A stretch of DNA of 63,988 nucleotides, the filler included, from Diploschistes diacapsis (Eukaryota), in assembly GCA_023645945.1 (NCBI GenBank). It is 5 parts of 5 records of this genome, joined end to end, with 100 filler letters (N's around TTAATTAATTAA, not from the genome) between each part and the next. Parts side by side here need not be neighbours in the genome. Positions count along the whole stretch, not along the records: positions 8,512 to 16,906 come from JALAIB010001158.1; positions 17,007 to 25,391 come from JALAIB010001159.1; 3 more parts are not named here. One strand, 5' to 3'. The notes beneath the pieces were generated by a model that saw only the letters and a list, made by a program, of their open reading frames with translations, was not told where the DNA came from and did not search any database. Position numbers and translations under genes: made by a program. This document shows positions 13,591-25,491 of this stretch, piece by piece; the stretch's first letter is position 1, and the number at the start of each line of letters is the position of its first letter.

Positions 13591-14700
13591 TTACCATTCC
13601 CAACCACCCCGTCTATTTCTAATGCCAATCCGGTACAACGGTACCTTATCCACCTCTTTCCGCCCATACTGCCTTGTATCAGCATAACGATCCACGAGCG
13701 AGCTAGCTTGTCTCGCTAGCTGTATGTTCTTCACAGGATGCTCTGCGTTCCGGGCTGTTCTCGATAGACTCATTTGCGCAACCGCAATATCTCTATACAA
13801 TTCCATGCTCGAAGTATCCGGATTGAATGACTTGAAGGAATGCAGATACCCCCCCACTACAACCTCCACCTGAGCGCCAAAAAAGTTGATAACCAGCAAA
13901 GTGTTGAAGAAAACTGGCTCTAACCTCGTTATTGGGAGCAACGGTGGGCGTGGTTTAAGCACTTGGTGCGAATCCTCTAAATGGCCTCCTTCCAGTCGTA
14001 AACCCAAGCGGGTATGGACGTCCGGGACCTTCATCGCTTCCCAGTCACGCAACTCCTCTTCACTTGCACGAGTGGAGTTTCTCTTGCTTCCTGATACTGC
14101 TGGTTATGGTTGCTGATACTCCCCTCTGCACCAGTAACTGTATATGCAGACGTGCCTAATTCTTCCGGTCAAAAGCCGGGCATATATCGAGCAAATTGGT
14201 TCTGAAGCTGCTGAGTAACAGGCAGAATGAGGTTCGAAGCGGCATTTGATGCTACGCCTACCTCGACTGGCAAAGTAGAAAAACTAGCGCCCTCAAACTT
14301 CGCACTGACGAGCCGGGTGGATGCAATGCTGAAGACGAGCATGGGCATAATGGTTTCTTCGAACCATTTCCACACAACAACATTGTAAAGTAGCCGTCTT
14401 CTGCCACATGCGGAATGCGTAAAACGGCAGCCTCACGGGGCTTATGGTATCGGAGGACCTTGGGGGCCTTCTTCAGAAACTTGCCAGGAGGTAGGCTTCT
14501 AAGGGGTTGAGTATTTCCCATGGAATAGCATTGATCCATTAGCGTCTGCTGTTGCCAGTGTCTTGATCTTAAGCCCAGTCTTGTCCGTGCAACCTTTTAC
14601 TTTGTAGCCAGAGCGTTCTATCTGCCAGCAGTGGCTAAGTCAGAGAAGACGGTGATGCCGATATATGTCAGCGGACCCTGGTAAACACCAGGCGTGGGAG
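13591..14700 (-). pseudogene. Possible degenerate coding remnant
   Basis: Overlapping same-strand ORFs (14539-14258, 14375-14169, 14052-13591) in shifting frames with protein-like composition; no family recognised. Confidence 0.25.
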
Positions 14701-15574
14701 TATCGTAGGATCGAAAAGTGCTTCATATTTTGATACGCTGCCTTCCATTTTGGTGGGCCATTGCTATTATTCCCTTAGGATCTTTCCCGCCGAGGCTCTA
14801 GAATCTTATCAACCTAAGCATCGCCTTGGGGCCTTGGCTCTCAGGTGTATTGCAGAGTTTTAGTTAATGGTGCCCTCTTCATCATCACTTTTCTGCATCA
14901 GTGTACCTTCTAAGTATAAGCTTGACCTCTCCTGCATCAGATCAGACCTGGCATAGATGCCGGGGTTGTATTGAACTATTCTATGGCGATGGAAGTATAG
15001 CTAGTGACCTACAGCTACCTAGTTAATATAATACAAGAGAATGAAAAATTATAGAGGAATTCATTGTGGACACATAGTGCTCAAAGGTGATGACAACAGC
15101 GTAGAGATCGGGGTATGAAGATTTCCGTAATTCTTATGGCGCACTGACAGCGATACCGTACGGTGTTCTGCGCATTTCTTGAATTTATTATGGGTATCTC
15201 TTGGCTTGTTCACGGGTTAGTATTCGTCGCGAGCTTTTGCAGGTGACGCCGGGCGACGCCGGAGTGATGCTCGATTGGGACACTCCGCCTTCCCCAACTT
15301 CATCCCAGACTTACACGCCCGCATATATCTCAGTCCGCACTTCTTAATTGCTTTGAGTAAAGTTGCTGGACTTTGTTAACTGGTCTGAACAGAATCATAC
15401 AGACTACCCACCTTTTTTCATCGAGGAGTCTCTGAATACTGCGTACTTCGGGGGTGGAACGAGTATTGCCTGCACAACCTCTATGTTCCCTAGCATACAA
15501 CTGGCCTCCTTGGTTTCAACTCAGCATACAATTTCATACATTGGAAGACCAGATCAAGCCAGCCTTGGTCCATA

Positions 15575-16851
15575 ATGGAGACGAGCAAGATATGGCTTTA
15601 TATCCTCGTTTCCTTTCTCACGGCCCTGATGGTTCCCGTTGTGAACGGGCTCATAACAAACTATCTGGCCGCTCGACGCATTGGTCTTCCAGTGGCCATA
15701 ACCTTCCTCGCACCGTCTTATCCACCGGTGCAACTTTTTGGCCAGTCTCTGCGACGCTGGACTATGCACTGCCCCTGGCCGGTTAGCGAATGGGGCCGGT
15801 TCTGCTTCTATGGCTGGTCTATCCAAGATCGAGGAAAGATCCACGAGAAGCTCGGACCAGTATTTGTGATGGTCACGCCATATAAGAACGTGGTTGTAGT
15901 TGCAGATCCTGCTGCTATAGGATTCATCCTGGGGAAGTGGAGGCAGTTTCGAAAAGTACCATCAATCGGTATGATGGCAACGTCTGACGCTGAAGCGCTG
16001 CGGAACATCACTAACTCAATGCAGAATCGCTGGAATTATTTGGGAAGAATGTTAATACTGTAACTAGTCATCATTCCCTTGATGCCGCACTTCGCTGATG
16101 ATGTAATAAGGTTGAAGACGAAGACTGGAGCCGTCACCGCAGACTCACCGCGCCCGCCTTCAACGAGCATATGAGTGCACCCGTATGGGACGAATCCTTG
16201 AAACAAGCGGACGGAATGCTTCAAGCTTTCCTCACTGCTGGCACTGCTGGCTCTACCACCTTAGGCAAAGACACCCAGACCGTAGCTCTTCACGTCTTAA
16301 CGCGAATCGCATTTGGTGTCGAAAACACCTTCGGCGAGGGAGTCGGGCGTGTAGAGCCCGGTTACCAACTTTCCTTCCGCGAAAGCATTCAGCTGATTCT
16401 CCAGAGACTATTCTTGCTATTCGTCTTAGGCAAGCAGGCCCCACTCTCCCCTGTAATGCCCGCTAGTTTTCAAAAGTTAGGGCTTGCCGTAGTTGAATAC
16501 GAACGCTACGTTGGCGGACTGTTGGAGAACGAACGCAAGGCGTCTAACCAGCGGACGGAGTCTAGGAATAACCTCATGAGCGTCCTCGCTCGGGCTTCAG
16601 ATAGCGAGAAAGCCTCTGGTCGGGCATCGCAGAGTATGACGGACCAGGAGATATTCGGGAATATATTCATATTCAACATAGCCGGCCATGACACGACAGC
16701 CAACACTCTGGCCTTTGCCATCGCCATGCTCGCCGCGCACCCAGAAGTGCAGGATTGGCTGGGCGAAGAGATCACCGCTGTGCTCGGCGAGGAAAAGCAT
16801 CCGAGCTACGAAGAGACTTACCCCAAGCTTGTGCGCTGCCTCGCGACAATG
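15575..16851 (+). CDS. Cytochrome P450, 3' end lost at contig gap
   Basis: N-terminal TM anchor; introns 15969-16024 and 16060-16110; C-helix WSRHRR; I-helix AGHDTTA; donor at 16852 runs into the gap before the ExxR and heme motifs. Confidence 0.9.
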
Positions 16852-16906
16852 GTGAGTCCTTTCACTCCTCCAATACCCGATCCCCTCCCCTTTCCCCTCC
16901 CAGTTC

Positions 16907-17006
16907 NNNNNNNNNNNNNNNNNNNNNNNNNNNNNNNNNNNNNNNNNNNNTTAATTAATTAANNNNNNNNNNNNNNNNNNNNNNNNNNNNNNNNNNNNNN
17001 NNNNNN
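16907..17006. other. Artificial contig spacer
   Basis: N44-TTAATTAATTAA-N44. Confidence 0.97.
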
Positions 17007-17795
17007 GTGGGTGAGGGGGAGAGGGGGAGGCTGGGCGACGAGCATCCGGATTTCAGGTACACTCTGTAGAGAAGAGGGCGGGAGAAGGAAAAGGAAACAT
17101 GTGGACTGGGCAGCATTGCACACGGGGGAGTTCCTCTGTGTTGACCCTCCTATATGGAGATGGAAATGAAAGACGGGATGTTTCTTGCTTTGTCATGTTA
17201 CTTGCCTCTTGGGTAAGAATATGCTAGGATGGAATACGGCCACCTACTGAAAGGCACCGCCTATGCTGTATTGTATTATATCGGTCCCAATCATCTCCAT
17301 TGGCAAAAACATGCTTTGCAGGCGTGCTCGTTGCGCTTACAGTCTCTGGGCATCACAATCTAATCAGCAAGCACGCCATTAGGGAGTGTCTGGCTAAAGA
17401 CCCGTATGCATCTATCGGCCCGCCCGGTCGATGGGACCGGCGACTCCAATCGAGTAAACTATCCAGCTGAATGCCATGGGCTCGCAACCATCTTCTGCCC
17501 CGTCGGATTGCTGGGAAGAAGAACAAATGGATCTGTAGCTTGATGAGTGTATGGATGTATGATCGACGAGTAATAGCAGAAGCAAGCAAAAATCAGCAGA
17601 AAACAAGGCAGCAAGGAAGCTGGTGAAATAAAGGGCGAGTAAGGTAGATGACCTAAAAAGACGCCGGCAACCACTTTCCCCCGCGCCATCGCTAGTATGC
17701 ACATTATTATGAGACTGTGCCGAAAATGTCTGACGAATAACATGTCCATTAGCCAAGGAAGACGCCATTAGTCCGTCGCGCGCGTACGTTTTTGT

Positions 17796-18990
17796 CTATC
17801 CCTCCTCTTCAACACCCTTCATGACTACATCGTCAGTGCTCCTTTCAGCATCGGCAACACAAATAGGCACCGCACTGTGACCAGCGTTGGCGTTCCTCCT
17901 CCTGACAGTTTCACGAACTCGACTCCAACCACGATCGTCCTCCACTTTCTTGTACCGTCGAACCAATTCTTCGTGGAGCAAGGCCCAGTACTGCTTGTCC
18001 TCGGCTTTCAATTCTCCATCCCAAATCTGATAGGCATGTGCCTCCCTCGCTTCTTGTGTCGCCAAAGGCCCGTAACGATCTCCCGCAAAGGGTATTACAT
18101 CATTTGACATATATGTTTTGAACATATTACGAGGTGGCTCTGGAGCACCTGAGGGGAAAGAGTTCTCGTCCCTAGGGTCGAAGGTGGGTAGTGCAGGAGG
18201 GAAGTAGTCCGGGTTGACATGAGCACCACCTGTGCTATCGCCATGCACACGGTGCCCATTGAGAGGATTAGTCGTTGACATGCCAGTAATGGTCCCGGTC
18301 ATTGGGGTTGCCAAGTTTGAGGCGATTTGCGGCTGCGTGGAGGTATTCATTCCGGGTCCTTGGGGCGTGCCATGAAGGATCGCAGAGGGCGGGGAAGGGT
18401 CTGGGACACGGCGGTGCGAGCGCTTCGCGCGAAGGGGACGTTCTTGTGGCTGCACGAGTTGTCATATTAGCTTGAGTGTCAAGTGGAATAGAACCATGGT
18501 TTCAGATGGCATAGAAAGAAGGCAGACATACAGTAGGTGCGTTCTCCGAGCTGTCCTCGCTGTCTTCATCAAATGTGGGAATTGTCCCAGACCCGTTCTT
18601 CGGCTGAAGTAAAGCAAGTCTCTCCAGAAGTATTGCCCTTTCAAGTCGCATCTTGTCAATGCCACGCTTCAAGCGTATATTCCTTAGCCGCACCAGGTCA
18701 TTTTCATCTTCGACCTCTTGGGTCCTTCGGCGGAGTTCTATAGTCTTACGGCGGTAAGCCTGCTCTACGGAAGGAGCAATAGTCGTAGACGAAGTGTTGG
18801 GATCGGCTGTAGACAAATAATAAGGTTAGCAAATCATCTCGAGCGAATATGCTTAATGTATAAACCAAACTGCTCAAATCTTCCTCGCCTTCCTGACTTT
18901 GGTCTGACTCGTCCTTGGTTTCGTCGCCTTCATCCTGGCCCTCGAGTTTGTGAACTTGATCATGAGCTTGGGCGACTTGATCCTGGGTCT
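17796..18990 (-). CDS. INO80-associated HMG-box protein, Nhp10-like
   Basis: PSVEQAYRRKTIELRRR..EVEDEND..RLR..RLKR.IDKMRLERAILLE coiled coil, intron, PQERPLRAKRSHR, degenerate HMG box (PEPPRNMFKTY...W..L..EDKQYW). Start codon uncertain. Confidence 0.7.
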
Positions 18991-20380
18991 GGCCAACTTA
19001 AATCGGAGGACCTTGTAATGAGAGCACGAACTGCCGCGAGCAGGTGGGCACTGCCAGGTGCTTCGAGATCATTACGCCATTCCATTGGGCTAAAGTAGCA
19101 ATGACCCATGCACCAAACTAGACCGTATATAGTGAACCCATTGATGGCAAGCTCGGAATGTGGCGGGGGTTGTGTAAGAGGAGCTTGGTTTCCGTACCAA
19201 TGCCCATTGCACCAGCATAATGGAGGGCAGACCTTTGGCAGAGAACAAGGGTATCTATTCACACATCGGCCCATCTGGTAACTGGTTTCCAGCAGCTTCC
19301 CAGGAGTAGCCGTAGAGCTGGGGAATGTAGGACCCTTGAGGCTCCATACTTCGATCCTGGGTGAAGTTTCGATTGTCTATGATTCGAGATACTCACCGTC
19401 CGTGAAGAATATAGAAAGAAAAGAAACTTTGACTTACAAGCCATAGTGTGCCAAAATCTACCCTTAGCTCGACTTGATTTCCACAGATGCAATACACTGG
19501 GGCAGCCAGAGAAGTCGGAGGGTTGGAGTCTACTAAATCCGATATATCCGAGAATGCCTGCCCAGTCTGTTTTTTCCCCTGAGAGGTGCTTCAGATTATT
19601 TACCAAAACAAACCTCAGGGCTCTTGAGAGGGGTTTCGACCAATACATTTGAAAGCATCTTTCAGGTCTTGTGTACGCAAAAAGCAATGGAAAAAGTGTT
19701 TTGATACCCTAACCTGCTGCCCCTTGCCCTCCATAATGTACCTCCATCTGTATGAGGTAGTACAAATATATACACAGAATGTGGCACTGGCTCTGTACCC
19801 ATGTTAACCATAAAGAATGTTCCCCTAACCTAATATGGCGGAGACCCTACGCTTCCTTCCGGCAGCTGCCAGCTAATATCTACCTAATCCGGTAAATCGT
19901 TCAGGAGGTGCACGACTCTATCTTTCGGACACCTAACTCCCACATGCTGTTCGTGCCCATTCGTGGTTACAATATGCACCCGAAAGTGCTAGAGAGACTG
20001 GCTACCGAGGCTTTGTATTAGAAACCGCGGCATACCAGAACTAAAACTTGTTTTAACATTCCTTGCGATTAGTACTTATCAGTCTTAACAGAGCAAATAA
20101 ACATCTTATTACATGCTAATGCCGCGATTTTGCCCCAATATGTGATACAGAGCCCGTAATTGCTCTCAATGATGCATTTGACTCCCTCTCCGGTCCCAGT
20201 GGCTAAGCTAACATTAGAACTCAAACTAAAGTCGATACCGAGGCCAAATTCCCAAATGCCAGAGACAGCATTTGAGTCTATATATATGGTCTAAGTCATT
20301 TCTACCAAAAAGAATGGCTACAGATTGGAGTGCTATTTCCTCCTCCCCATTACTGTCTTTGCTATGCAAGCTCTCCTGGT

Positions 20381-22326
20381 TTATCGTACAAAAGCAAGAG
20401 CAACGCCAGTGAGGGTGTTATCAGTGTCCAGGATCTTGCATTTGTCTGAGCCATCCATGTTGAAGCGATAAATTGCGCCACCGAGATCAGCGACATAGAT
20501 ATCTAGCAAGGTCAGTATGTCTTGCGTTTTCTAATTTCTCACAGTTCTCACGATGGTTGATACTATCAATCTTCATTCCAATCGCCTCGTGGAAGTGCCG
20601 GGCAAGCGTGACAATCTTCTTGTTACCGCCAGATCCAACACTCGACTTCGAGAGCGTGTTCCCAAGAGGATACTCGCCACGGTCAGTCCAATATAGTGTT
20701 TGTGTTTCGGTCTCGATCTCCAGGTCGATAGGCTCCGGTAGGTGATCAAAAAGAAGCTCAATATCGGATCTAGAGCTTGGGTCTTCGCCCGCAGGCGTCT
20801 TAATATTAGCGCGGAAGATGCGCCCTTGGCCAGCCTTAGATGCGCCCTTTTGGGACCAGTAGAACTTCCCGTGCTTATTATCGACGGCAATACCGACGCA
20901 CCATTTGGTTTGGTCTGCAAACCCTTCCTTTTCCCAGTCGCCTGTCTGGACCAGGATCTCATGTGCCGAACCATCGAAGTTGCAGCGATGTATCCTTTGA
21001 CCTTCACGGTCGCAGAAGTAAACCTTGGAGTCAACGTGGTCTAAAACGAGCTGCTTCGCTGTGTTGACGTCTCCTTGGGGAACGATGGCCTTGATGTCAC
21101 TACCGTCCAGTTTGGCTGAGAATACGGCGCCATCAGGCTTGCCCGGGATACCCATAGATGTCCAGAAGATGCGACCAGCAGGTATTGAAACGTCAATACC
21201 GTCCGGCGATGTGACCCCATCGATCAGGGTTTTGACATTGCGGCCGTCTGCGGATACGGTCATTATCTTACCGCCAGTGAACGCGTGACTCGGGTCGAAG
21301 CTGGCTCCAACACCGAGATCGAGATAGTAAAGAAGCGGCGCTGCGAGGTTGTCGTGGTGACCAGAATCAACCTCTGACGCTTTTGTTGTGCTGCCAGCAG
21401 GATAAAGACCACCCTTGCCGCTCTTCGCACCCAGTTTGCCTTGGTCGATATAGTTTTTTCGGAGCCAATCAACCGTAAGGGCGGACTGAAGGTGTCTCTC
21501 CTCGATGTAGTTGTCCTCAATGAAAGCCACTGTGTCAAGTCCTAGGTAACTTTCAGTGACTAGAGTGGCTTAATCATCACAAATAACTTTACTTACCAAC
21601 TCCATCCATCATGCCACATGGTCCAGTGGAGTTATTCCCAAACATACGAACGAAAAGAGTATCAATTTCTTTCGGGTCGCTGACACCCTCAGCAAGGATC
21701 ATCATAATCTCGCGCTTAATAGCAGCCCAAAGTCGATTGAGGATGAGACCTGTAGATTCCTTGCGAGCAACTGCCGGAAGCATTCCTGCATCGACAAGGC
21801 TATCATACATGAATTGAATGATATCCGGGTCTGTCTCACCGTCGGTCATGATCTCGACGGTGTTGGCATCCGGCGGCATCTGGTAGTGAACGTTGCATAT
21901 CCTCCGGCGGTTCTCCGGCTTGACCTTGTCGAGCATCCTACTCGACCTGAACGAAGAGGAATTAGTGCCAATAATGCAGTCCGGGCTGACCAGCTCGTTG
22001 AGTTCCCCCATAACGTCAATCTTCAATTCGAGCTTCTCCGGAATAGCTTCAAGCACAAACCAGGAATCTTTCACGGCGGGTGCGAGGTCGGCAAAGAGAT
22101 TCAATTCACCGGGCTTGCGCTTGCCCCCGGTCAGGCCCTCAAATTCTTGCTTATGAGATTCGATGTAGGCTTTTGCTCCGTTTCGCTGCGCTTCAGAGGT
22201 GTCGCGGATGTTGACATCATATCCGGCGGCGAGCCATGTGGCAGCGATACGACGACCAAGCACGCCGGCGCCAAGGAGGGTCAGTGGCCTGTTCGAAGTA
22301 TCTGGTTTTGACCACTGTGGGGCCAT
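20381..22326 (-). CDS. 3-hydroxyacyl-CoA dehydrogenase fused to a YWTD/LDL-receptor class B beta-propeller
   Basis: GAGVLG Rossmann motif, EAIPEKLELK, TNSSS, GLILNRLW, GPCGMMDGVGLD (intron ~21542-21595 in frame); then IFWTSMG, VYFCDREG, FYWSQKG, LYWTDRG, IYVADLGG repeats. Confidence 0.88.
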
Positions 22327-23121
22327 GGCTTCTGTGGTTGTTAACTATCTGATATTAAAGGTAAGAAAGCGTGATGTTCGAAATCAGCAGAACTTAGGTT
22401 GAGTAGCTTCAAGGTTCCTATCCCATCTACGTCAACAATACGTGCATCGATACGAGACGAGATCTCTTCATTAGGAACACAAAACGCAATTCAAATAAAT
22501 TTTGCCCATACTCCACGGTGACGAAATACTTGCTACCGGCTATGCTCGAAATTTATAGGTCCTGTCGCTGCCACTCTGATCTCGATCGGCAAAGCATCGT
22601 TGGTGGCGAGATACTCTATCGGGCTGTAATTCATCGAGTTTAGCTGGATACAGTCGGTTTGCACATTACCTAGGCACGATCAAATGGTATTGCCTCGGTT
22701 AATGTCCCAGATATCAGACAGATATGAACACATAATCATTTTCAGACAAGTGCTTGAGATTCTTCAATGCACGAGGTAGACGGGTGCAACTCCGAATTTC
22801 TGCCGGTTTTCTGCAGGGTCCCCGCACCCCAAATAGTGTAGTAGTTGTGAAGAGGGACGCTGCAATGGGCGTCGAAGTATCAAGGCTTAGGATAGGATAA
22901 AGGGTTGCAAGACGCGTGGTCTCGGTACCGATCGTGCTCTGGTAGTGTTTTGCCTTATAGGGATAGCTTTGAGTGCAGACTAGAGGTGGTGCGTCATAAG
23001 CTGTGGGTGGATATCTAGACACGGAGTAAAGGTAAATCACTAAAACAAAAACCATTGAGGAACCTTTCGCTTCAAGAACATAGTCAGCTAAATACACAAC
23101 TCCCTTCCATCGCCCCTAACC

Positions 23122-24996
23122 TTACGGCCCAGCATCCGTTACACATCCTTGACTCGCATCCTTCACCAGCATCGTGTACTTCCTCAGCACCCCCCTCTCA
23201 TACTTCGGACCAGGCGGAGTCCACTCCTCTCTTCTCTTCTCCAACTCCTTCTCACTAACATTCTCCAAATCCATCACCCTTCTCTCCGCATCAATCGTAA
23301 CCCTATCCCCATCCCTCACCAGCGCGATCGGCCCCCCTTCTACCGCCTCGGGCACCACATGCCCTATCAGAAACCCATGACTCCCGCCACTGAACCGCCC
23401 GTCCGTGACAAGAGCCACATCACCCCCCAAGCCCGCGCCCATCAGGGCGGAGCTGGGCTTCAACATCTCCGGCATACCTGGCCCGCCCTTGGGCCCCTCG
23501 TAACGGATGATGACGACAGTCTTCTCGCCCTTTTTGATCGCGCCGGCTTCAAGGGCGGAGACCATAGCGTCCTCGCTATCGAAGACACGCGCCGACCCTG
23601 TGAAGCGCAATCCTTCTTTGCCCGTAATCTTCCCCACCGCGCCACCCGGCGCTAATGAGCCGCGCAGGATCTGAATGTGGCCGGTTGGCTTGATGGGATC
23701 CGAGAATGGGCGGATGATCTTTTGGTCGGTAGGGAAGTCGGATACCTTTTCGAGGTTCTTGGCCAGTGTCTCGCCTGTCACAGTTATGCCGGAGCCGTCG
23801 ATGACGCCTTCCTTCTGCAGGAATTTAAGGAGGGAGGGTGTGCCGCCGATGGCGTGCAGATCCGCCATGACGTATTTGCCAGAGGGCTTCAGGTCGGCAA
23901 GGAAGGGAATGCGATCTGACACGGCCTGGAAGTCATCGATGGTGAGCTTAATGCCGACACTGTCGGCGATGGCGATGAGGTGGAGGACGGCGTTGGTGGA
24001 GCCGCCTGTTATCATGACAACTGTCATGGCGTTCTCGAGGGACTTGCGGGTGATGATGTCTCGGGGCCGAATTTCCTCTGCTAGGAGCTTCTTGATTGCG
24101 CCGCCGGCTGCAAGACATTCGAGTTGCTTCGCCTTCGATACCGCGGGATTTGAAGAGGAGCCGGGAAGTGTGAGCCCCAATGTCTCGATTGCTGTTGCCA
24201 GAGTGTTTGCTGTGTACATTCCTCCGCAAGCGCCGCTTCCAGGACACGCGTGCCTGATGATATCGAATCTTTGCTCCTCGGTGATGCTCCCTGAGATAAA
24301 CTGTCCATATGACTGGAATGCAGAGACGATGTCGATATCCGCATTGTCCTGCGTTGCTGCACACCCGGGCATGATGGTACCTCCGTACACCATGAGAGAT
24401 GGCACGTTTAGCCTCCCCATCGCCATGACTACTCCTGGCATGTTCTTGTCGCACCCCGGTATACTAATGTTCGCATCGTACCACTGCCCGCCCATGACCG
24501 TCTCTATCGAGTCTGCGATCAAGTCTCTTGACTGCAGAGAGTATCGCATTCCTTTGGTGCCCATAGATATAGCATCGCTAACTCCAATAGTATTGAATTG
24601 CATCCCAATCAGCCCAGCACGCTCCACGCCCTCCTTTACCCGGTTGTTGAGATCCAAGAGATGCATGTTGCACGGATTTCCTGAGAACCAAACGGATGAT
24701 ATACCAACTTGTGCCTTACTCATGTCTTCCTGCTTTAATCCTGTTGCGTATAGCATGGCCTGCGATGCGCCTTGGGATTTGGGTTGTGTGACATTCTTGC
24801 TGATTTTGTTGAGCTCCAGAGAGTTCTTTGTATTTGCCCGTGATGATTTTGAGGTGGTAAAGGACTGTCTGTGGGCAGGTCTCTTAGCGTTCGTGCATGT
24901 CGATATGATATTTATTGTTTCTTACGATTGCTGCACAGCAGACCAGCAGCGAGCTGTGCGCAGAGCTCCACGGAGCCCTGGTCGCCGGGCGAGCAT
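23122..24996 (-). CDS. ILV3: Dihydroxy-acid dehydratase, mitochondrial
   Basis: [56 protein letters not shown]; Arg-rich presequence exon and one intron near 24870-24925. Confidence 0.96.
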
Positions 24997-25205
24997 TATG
25001 ACCTCGAGGTTAATGATTTAGGGCAGCTAGAAGCCCCTTCAGAACATGTTCAGCAGCTTCAACTACTCTAGCAGAAGCTATGCTGATACGGCAGTATCGC
25101 AATCCACATAGAGGCATGGCTACTCTGAGCAAAGCTCTTGAGGTGTTTAACTGCGAGATCGGAGCTTCCTTTTGTGACCTCCCTGATTGGCTCTCAGATC
25201 CGACC

Positions 25206-25391
25206 TACAGTATTATACCAAAAGTAATGGACCCTCTCTCAAATTACACGAAAATACGTTTATTTTATAAATTATTATACCACCCATAAGCCTTTTATAA
25301 GTAAAAAAAAAAAAAATTTAAAGGGGCTTATAACAGATAAAAATATCTTTTTTTTTTCTAAATTGCTAGTTATCCGACGCTAAATTAGCGG
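25206..25391. mobile_element. Probable end of an AT-enriched Tc1/mariner-type transposon
   Basis: TA followed by CAGTATTATACCAAAAGTAATGGAC resembles Tc1-like TIR starts; abrupt switch to very AT-rich sequence running into the contig end. Confidence 0.45.
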
Positions 25392-25491
25392 NNNNNNNNN
25401 NNNNNNNNNNNNNNNNNNNNNNNNNNNNNNNNNNNTTAATTAATTAANNNNNNNNNNNNNNNNNNNNNNNNNNNNNNNNNNNNNNNNNNNN
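25392..25491. other. Artificial contig spacer
   Basis: N44-TTAATTAATTAA-N44. Confidence 0.97.

Noticed and set aside
11392..16851. Two P450 genes close together as a possible secondary-metabolite cluster
   Set aside because: One is housekeeping ERG5; no PKS, NRPS, terpene synthase or cluster regulator is visible and the contig ends.
23675..25021. 448-aa ORF antisense to ILV3 (also antisense ORFs over NIT3, DLD1, CWC25 and the ART-like gene)
   Set aside because: Shadow ORFs caused by codon bias of the real gene on the opposite strand.
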